From an archaeon (GTDB lineage: Archaea > B1Sed10-29 > JAJSAI01): a stretch of DNA of 18,297 bases. Position 1 is the first letter of the stretch. Each line of letters opens with the position of its first letter. The notes below the pieces were generated by a model, which worked only from the letters and a program-made list of their open reading frames with translations, was not told the origin of the DNA and searched no databases. The stretch lies in assembly GCA_024274695.1 (NCBI GenBank), contig JAJSAI010000002.1, positions 1 through 18,297 of the forward strand. Direction: 5' to 3'. Both the position numbers and the translations under genes were made by a program. This document shows, piece by piece, positions 13,995 through 18,297 of the stretch.

Positions 13995-14447
13995 TTAAGC
14001 ACCTCCAAATTTGATCATGAGAATTCTTTCCCCGTACTGGGAGAAAGACCATACCGTCTTGCCAGCATCCACTATTGTGTCAGGTTCTTGGTCTTCCAGT
14101 TCCTCTATCCCGAATAGTTGGATGAACTCCTCGCTTTTTTCTCCCCTGACATGGATGCTCTTGCTGGGTTTTTTGGTCCCAACGAGATTGTATCCCTTGA
14201 ACCTGATGATTTCTGACCACTCTGGCTCTGGCACGGTGTTGAGGAACATTAGTCTTCCAGGGTTCCCGTGGTATTCCCCTACTATGCAAACTCTAGGGTA
14301 ACCCTTCTTGTGGGCTATGCTGGCGAGGGTTTCTATGTTTGCCTTTCCTCTGGTGATGTACTCCGAGAAGGGTATGAGCCTTGAGAGTGTTCTGGCGAAT
14401 CTTCTCGTGGTCTGGGAAGGTTTCCTGCTTGTTGTGAAGAGGATCAT
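13995..14447 (-). CDS. Brix/Imp4 domain ribosome biogenesis protein
   Basis: True start at ATG 14447: MILFTTSRKPSQTTRRF...RGK...EYHGNPG. Confidence 0.88.
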   Translation of the reverse strand: MILFTTSRKPSQTTRRFARTLSRLIPFSEYITRGKANIETLASIAHKKGYPRVCIVGEYHGNPGRLMFLNTVPEPEWSEIIRFKGYNLVGTKKPSKSIHVRGEKSEEFIQLFGIEELEDQEPDTIVDAGKTVWSFSQYGERILMIKFGGA

Positions 14448-14449
14448 GT

Positions 14450-14575
14450 TCAATCTGTCTTGATTTTTTTCACTATGGGTGGTTTTTCTTTTTCGAGTAT
14501 CCTGTACCCGCAGTACGGGCATTTTACGGTGCTTATGTCTTCAACTTCTCTTCCGCACTTAAGACATTTCCACAC
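14450..14575 (-). CDS. rpoP: DNA-directed RNA polymerase subunit P (Rpo12)
   Basis: Below the ORF-track cutoff. GTG start, 41 aa MWKCLKCGREVEDISTVKCPYCGYRILEKEKPPIVKKIKTD; zinc ribbon, canonical position after rpl37ae. Confidence 0.93.
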   Translation of the reverse strand: MWKCLKCGREVEDISTVKCPYCGYRILEKEKPPIVKKIKTD

Positions 14576-14828
14576 GCTTACCACCCAGTATTGAGGTTAT
14601 TGTCCTCCATACTCCCGTGTGCGGAGAGTACGCTCCTCCTGCCATTACAGCACCACACTTGGTGCATTCCCAGACTCCGTTGCTCTTCCTCTTCATGCTC
14701 TTCCTACCGCACTTGGGGCACTCGTGCTTTGCTCTCTGCACCTTTTCAATTTCTCCCGCTCTTTTCTTTATCCGGTATCCGTAGCGCGGTCCGTACCTGG
14801 CCATTGGGCCCAGTTTTTTGGTCTTCAT
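14559..14828 (-). CDS. rpl37ae: 50S ribosomal protein L37Ae (eL43)
   Basis: RYGPRYG, CPKC...WECTKC, AGGAY. Confidence 0.97.
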   Translation of the reverse strand: MKTKKLGPMARYGPRYGYRIKKRAGEIEKVQRAKHECPKCGRKSMKRKSNGVWECTKCGAVMAGGAYSPHTGVWRTITSILGGKRVEMS

Positions 14829-15628
14829 TTTTTGATCACCTTCTTGCGCAGTTCTCCTGTCTTTTTCACGGCGATGTCGAATAGTTTTTCTACGTCCTCC
14901 TTTTTATATGCGCATACTCCTCCTTTTTGGGCTGCGCACAGGTTCCCATCGTCCCGGATCGTGAGCGTGAGCCTCCCGTCCATGGATTTTTCTTCTCCCA
15001 GGTCTGGATCGAGGAGGTCTTTGTCTCCTATTCTCACGAACGTGCTTGATATTGGAGCCCACCTCACGGGGAGAGGGTCTTTCTTTTCAGAGTATATGAT
15101 CACATCGTCCTCTAGTTTCGGGATCCTGGTGGTGTGCAGTGCAGCGGTCGCCCCGAGGATTGCAGCATCGAAAAGGTTCCCGTCGTAGTCGAGCACGTGC
15201 ACGTCAACTATCACGTTCCAGACGAGTTCTCCTTCTCTTACGCATAGTTTTTCAAGGTCTATCATCTGAGACTCTCTGATTCCTCTGTCCACAACCCTCG
15301 CGAGCTCTATGGCGTTCTCGTCAGGTGGCCCTGGAGTGAATATTGGCGCGGCTATAGGGACCATTTCCGCGTTGGTTATCAGGTTCCCTTGGTTTGGAGT
15401 GTCCTGGTACGGCTCTCCGACGTCCATTTTCACTCCCACGAGCACCTGGGTCTTCCCGAGTTTTACGAGAGCGCTTCCCTCTGCTCTTTTCACGTAGTTG
15501 GTCTTGACTTCTACTGGCCTGTAATCGTAAAAGTCCCTGCCGTCCATTCTTTTTCCGGACAGCACAAGGCTTCTTATGGCTTCTTTTTTAACTTCCCAGA
15601 TTATGTCATCATGCTCCATTTCATTCAC
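14825..15628 (-). CDS. rrp42: Exosome complex component Rrp42
   Basis: R-x-[37 protein letters not shown]. Confidence 0.97.
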   Translation of the reverse strand: MNEMEHDDIIWEVKKEAIRSLVLSGKRMDGRDFYDYRPVEVKTNYVKRAEGSALVKLGKTQVLVGVKMDVGEPYQDTPNQGNLITNAEMVPIAAPIFTPGPPDENAIELARVVDRGIRESQMIDLEKLCVREGELVWNVIVDVHVLDYDGNLFDAAILGATAALHTTRIPKLEDDVIIYSEKKDPLPVRWAPISSTFVRIGDKDLLDPDLGEEKSMDGRLTLTIRDDGNLCAAQKGGVCAYKKEDVEKLFDIAVKKTGELRKKVIKK

Positions 15629-16346
15629 CTTCTATCTTGTACCTTTCTTTTAGTGCTTTTTTCTGCAGCTCGTACACCTGCATTGCCCCGTTGATCGCTG
15701 TTTCCAGGGCTTCGGTGAGCTCTTCTCTTGTGAAGTTCCCGTCCATCTGCATGAGCACTATCTCTTTTGTTCTTGGCATTATGGCTATGGGAAAGTCTGC
15801 TTCCCCGTAGTTGTCTTCTTCCTTCATCAGGTCGAGGGCTATCTTTCCCTCTATTTTTCCGGCAGCGCATGCTGTTACCAGGTCCCGCATGGGTATGCCC
15901 GCGTCCGCCAGGGCAACACTGGCGGCAGTCAGGGCAGCGCACCTGGTCCCAGCCTCTGCCTCCAGCACTTCCACGTAAACGTCTATCTGTGTTTTCGGGA
16001 ACTCTTCGAGGAATATTGCTTTTTCAAGGGCTTCTCTGCTGACCTTGCTTATCTCGATGGATCTCCTGCTGGGGCCTGGTCTTGCCCTCTCGTCTACTGA
16101 GAAGGGCGCGAGGTTGTACCTGTAGACCACTCTCGCCTTAAGGGGATCTGCAAGGTGGCGTGGGATGACCTCCCTGGGTCCGTAGACTCCTGCCAGGACC
16201 TTGTTGCCACCCCACTCGAGATAGCATGATCCGTCAGCCCTGTCAAGAACTCCTGCCTTTATTGTTATTGGCCTGAGTTCTTTGAGTCCTCTTCCGTCAA
16301 GTCTTTTTCCGTTCTCGTCCAACAGTTTTATTCCAGGATTTTTCAT
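15621..16346 (-). CDS. rrp41: Exosome complex exonuclease Rrp41
   Basis: [34 protein letters not shown]-x-x-GEAD. Confidence 0.97.
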   Translation of the reverse strand: MKNPGIKLLDENGKRLDGRGLKELRPITIKAGVLDRADGSCYLEWGGNKVLAGVYGPREVIPRHLADPLKARVVYRYNLAPFSVDERARPGPSRRSIEISKVSREALEKAIFLEEFPKTQIDVYVEVLEAEAGTRCAALTAASVALADAGIPMRDLVTACAAGKIEGKIALDLMKEEDNYGEADFPIAIMPRTKEIVLMQMDGNFTREELTEALETAINGAMQVYELQKKALKERYKIEGE

Positions 16347-16948
16347 CTGCTTTCACCTTCTAAGAAGTTTTTGATTGTCTCGGTTAGTCCGGTAGCGTGA
16401 GTGTGTTTGACTATCATGTCAATGGCCTCTGCGGCCTTTGATGTTTCTTCTCCCTTTATCCAGATCCTGCCGTTCCTGCCGACAACTATTTTCGTCCCTG
16501 TCTTTTCTCTTATCATGTCTATCATGCTGTTGTTCTTCCCTATTATCCTAGGTATCTTGACCGGGTCTACTTCTACTAGGGCTCCTCCGAACAGTTTCCT
16601 GTCGTTGGTGAGCCTGGCTTCTTTTACTTCGTTTATGGAGTCCACTTCTGCTGATATAAGGTCTCCCTGTTCGTACTCTCTTTCCGTGGGCAGGAACGCG
16701 GATTCTGCGGTGTTAATGTCAACAAGGCATCCTCCGTACTTTATTTCTTCTATTACTCCTATGACAATGTCTCCCTTTCTTGGGACGTAGTGTCCTTTCA
16801 GGGGGACTATTCTCCCCACTCCCTTGTCTTCTATTAGGACACCGTACACTTTTGAGTAGAATTTTCCGTTCCTCTCGTAAACGTGGTCTTTGACTCTTGC
16901 CTTTATCTCTTCTCCTGGTATTACTATCCTTTTTATCAAAAGAATCAC
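16343..16948 (-). CDS. rrp4: Exosome RNA-binding cap protein Rrp4 (S1 + KH)
   Basis: YVP-x-x-GD-x-VIG, VDIN, KIPRIIG-x-x-x-SMI, VGRNGRIWI. Confidence 0.95.
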   Translation of the reverse strand: MILLIKRIVIPGEEIKARVKDHVYERNGKFYSKVYGVLIEDKGVGRIVPLKGHYVPRKGDIVIGVIEEIKYGGCLVDINTAESAFLPTEREYEQGDLISAEVDSINEVKEARLTNDRKLFGGALVEVDPVKIPRIIGKNNSMIDMIREKTGTKIVVGRNGRIWIKGEETSKAAEAIDMIVKHTHATGLTETIKNFLEGESR

Positions 16949-17643
16949 CTTCTTTCAAGTATTGTTGTTTCAGCCTCCCCGTGAGTGAGCTTGTTCAGCG
17001 TGTCGTAGAACTCGGATTGTAATCCTCCGGGGAGTTCCACCACAACACTAAGAGAACCGTCAGACTGCCAGTTCTCTTTGATTATCTTGTACTTTTTCAG
17101 AACACCGTATATCCTCGTGGCATGCTGTCCAGGGATTCTTGCCATTATCTGGACTGTTTCCATTTTTATGGGTATTATCTTCCTGATTTTTTCGAGCACT
17201 GCCTCCACTTGGTCGCTGACCCTCCTCAGGGGATCCACGTGCACCCCTGCTTCTTCCATTGCCAGTTCTATTCTTTTAGGGGTGTGGGGCGCGTGTGTCC
17301 TCGGGTCAACTGCGTTCCTGCTTATGTACTCTATTATCTGCCTTTTCTTTTCCTCTTGCATTCTTCTCCTCTGTTCTGTAGTGAGCCTTATTTCTCCTTC
17401 TTTGATCATTTTCAGGGCGACTTCCTCAAAGTCGGTGGTCCCGAACGCGTTCATCAGGTCTTCGTCGCTGGCTGCTGTCGCTTGTCCGATGTCATGGTAT
17501 ATTCTGTCCACTGCCAGAACATCGTCCAGGTCGTACTCTTTTCCTGCTTTCATTTCCAGGACCTTGTCAGGGTCAGCGAGTATCTCGAACTTCTCCTTCC
17601 CTTTTTCTACCCTGACTATTGCTGCCTTGTCTACCGGTATCAT
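16945..17643 (-). CDS. sbds: Ribosome maturation protein SBDS/Sdo1
   Basis: FEIL, AFGTTD, LTTEQRR, DPRT-x-x-PH-x-P-x-RIE. Confidence 0.97.
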   Translation of the reverse strand: MIPVDKAAIVRVEKGKEKFEILADPDKVLEMKAGKEYDLDDVLAVDRIYHDIGQATAASDEDLMNAFGTTDFEEVALKMIKEGEIRLTTEQRRRMQEEKKRQIIEYISRNAVDPRTHAPHTPKRIELAMEEAGVHVDPLRRVSDQVEAVLEKIRKIIPIKMETVQIMARIPGQHATRIYGVLKKYKIIKENWQSDGSLSVVVELPGGLQSEFYDTLNKLTHGEAETTILERR

Positions 17644-17649
17644 TTGGCA

Positions 17650-18297
17650 TCACTTCTTTTTGGCAACCTTTTTAAGGTATTCTTCCAGTTCGCTTTTTGG
17701 TATGGTCTCCGCTTTTTTGGTTTTCTCAGGGACTATGAGCATGTCAACGGTTTCAGGGGATATTTTCCTGTCCCCAACTCCTTTCAAGGCCTTCAAGGCC
17801 AACCTGATAGCCTCGTCCTTGCTCATCTTCTCGTCGTACTCTTTTTCGAAGAGGTCTATTACCTTCTGCTTTCCTTCTCCTATCGCGGAGGCGTGGCTTT
17901 CCCAGAACGCTCCTGAGGGGTCTGTTTCGAACAAGTGCTTTCCCTTGTCGTCCACTCCTATTATGAGCAGGGCCGCTCCGAAAGGCCTTGCTCCCCCGTA
18001 CTGGGTGTACGCCTGCTTTAGGTCGCACAGTTCCTTGGTCAGGGCTTCAATGCTTATCGGCTCGTTGTAGAGGTACCTTTCCTCCTGCGCGATCCTTCTG
18101 GAGTAGTCTACCAGTCGTCTGGCGTCTGCCACGAGCCCTGAGATTGCTGCGGCGATATGGTCGTCTATGATGAATATTTTCTCCAAGGACTCTGCTTTCA
18201 GGAGCCTTGACTGTATGTTCTTGTCCACCGCGAGCAGGACCCCGTCCTTGTAGACTATTCCCAGGGCGGTCGTGCCCCTTTTCACGGACTCCCTGGC
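17650..18297 (-). CDS. psmA: Proteasome alpha subunit (5' end outside the window)
   Basis: Frame open to the edge (ARESVKRGTT...); SGLVADAR, YTQYGGARPFG, LFETDPSG. Confidence 0.97.
   Translation of the reverse strand, partial: ARESVKRGTTALGIVYKDGVLLAVDKNIQSRLLKAESLEKIFIIDDHIAAAISGLVADARRLVDYSRRIAQEERYLYNEPISIEALTKELCDLKQAYTQYGGARPFGAALLIIGVDDKGKHLFETDPSGAFWESHASAIGEGKQKVIDLFEKEYDEKMSKDEAIRLALKALKGVGDRKISPETVDMLIVPEKTKKAETIPKSELEEYLKKVAKKK

Noticed and set aside
14448-14522. ORF-track N-terminal extension of Brix (also those of NifX at 9184, the permease at 9893 and the Zn-finger at 7205)
   Set aside because: They overlap genuine neighbouring genes such as rpoP; the downstream ATGs match family N-termini.
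17078-18070. Long plus-strand ORFs (e.g. 330 aa here, 251 aa at 12819, 177 aa at 10973)
   Set aside because: Antisense shadows of well-supported minus-strand genes, with no recognisable motifs.

Overview
Archaeal genomic window. It is gene-dense, with many overlapping start/stop codons and BRE/TATA boxes about 25 nt before leaderless starts; a DPANN-type lineage is plausible but only an inference. The right third (12.2-18.3 kb, minus strand) is the conserved proteasome-exosome superoperon: psmA (partial), SBDS, rrp4, rrp41, rrp42, rpl37ae, rpoP (missed by the ORF track), Brix, pfdB and a DHH phosphoesterase. It lacks pcc1 and is followed by two PRC-barrel genes. The left two-thirds is accessory: M24 and M29 peptidases, HicBA and RHH/RelE toxin-antitoxin pairs, a ferredoxin-thioredoxin fusion, a probably broken membrane gene, a DUF4405-like protein, pyrE, an Ogg1-like glycosylase, a Zn-finger/Rnl3 RNA ligase/SLOG-like operon, an M50-CBS protease with a metallopeptidase, a permease-permease-NifX-NifX operon behind a perfect SmtB/CzrA-like palindrome, an orphan ORF and an XRE-HTH regulator. 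The most unusual signal is in the 530-bp non-coding gap (11653-12182). It holds two diverged paralogous structured elements 309 bp apart that share GAGGCTCACCC, CCAAGAGG and GTTCGGC inside stems of different sequence, each downstream of a TATA box and a 5' hairpin. This is a candidate undescribed small-RNA or cis-regulatory RNA family. All calls are by eye; no searches were run.
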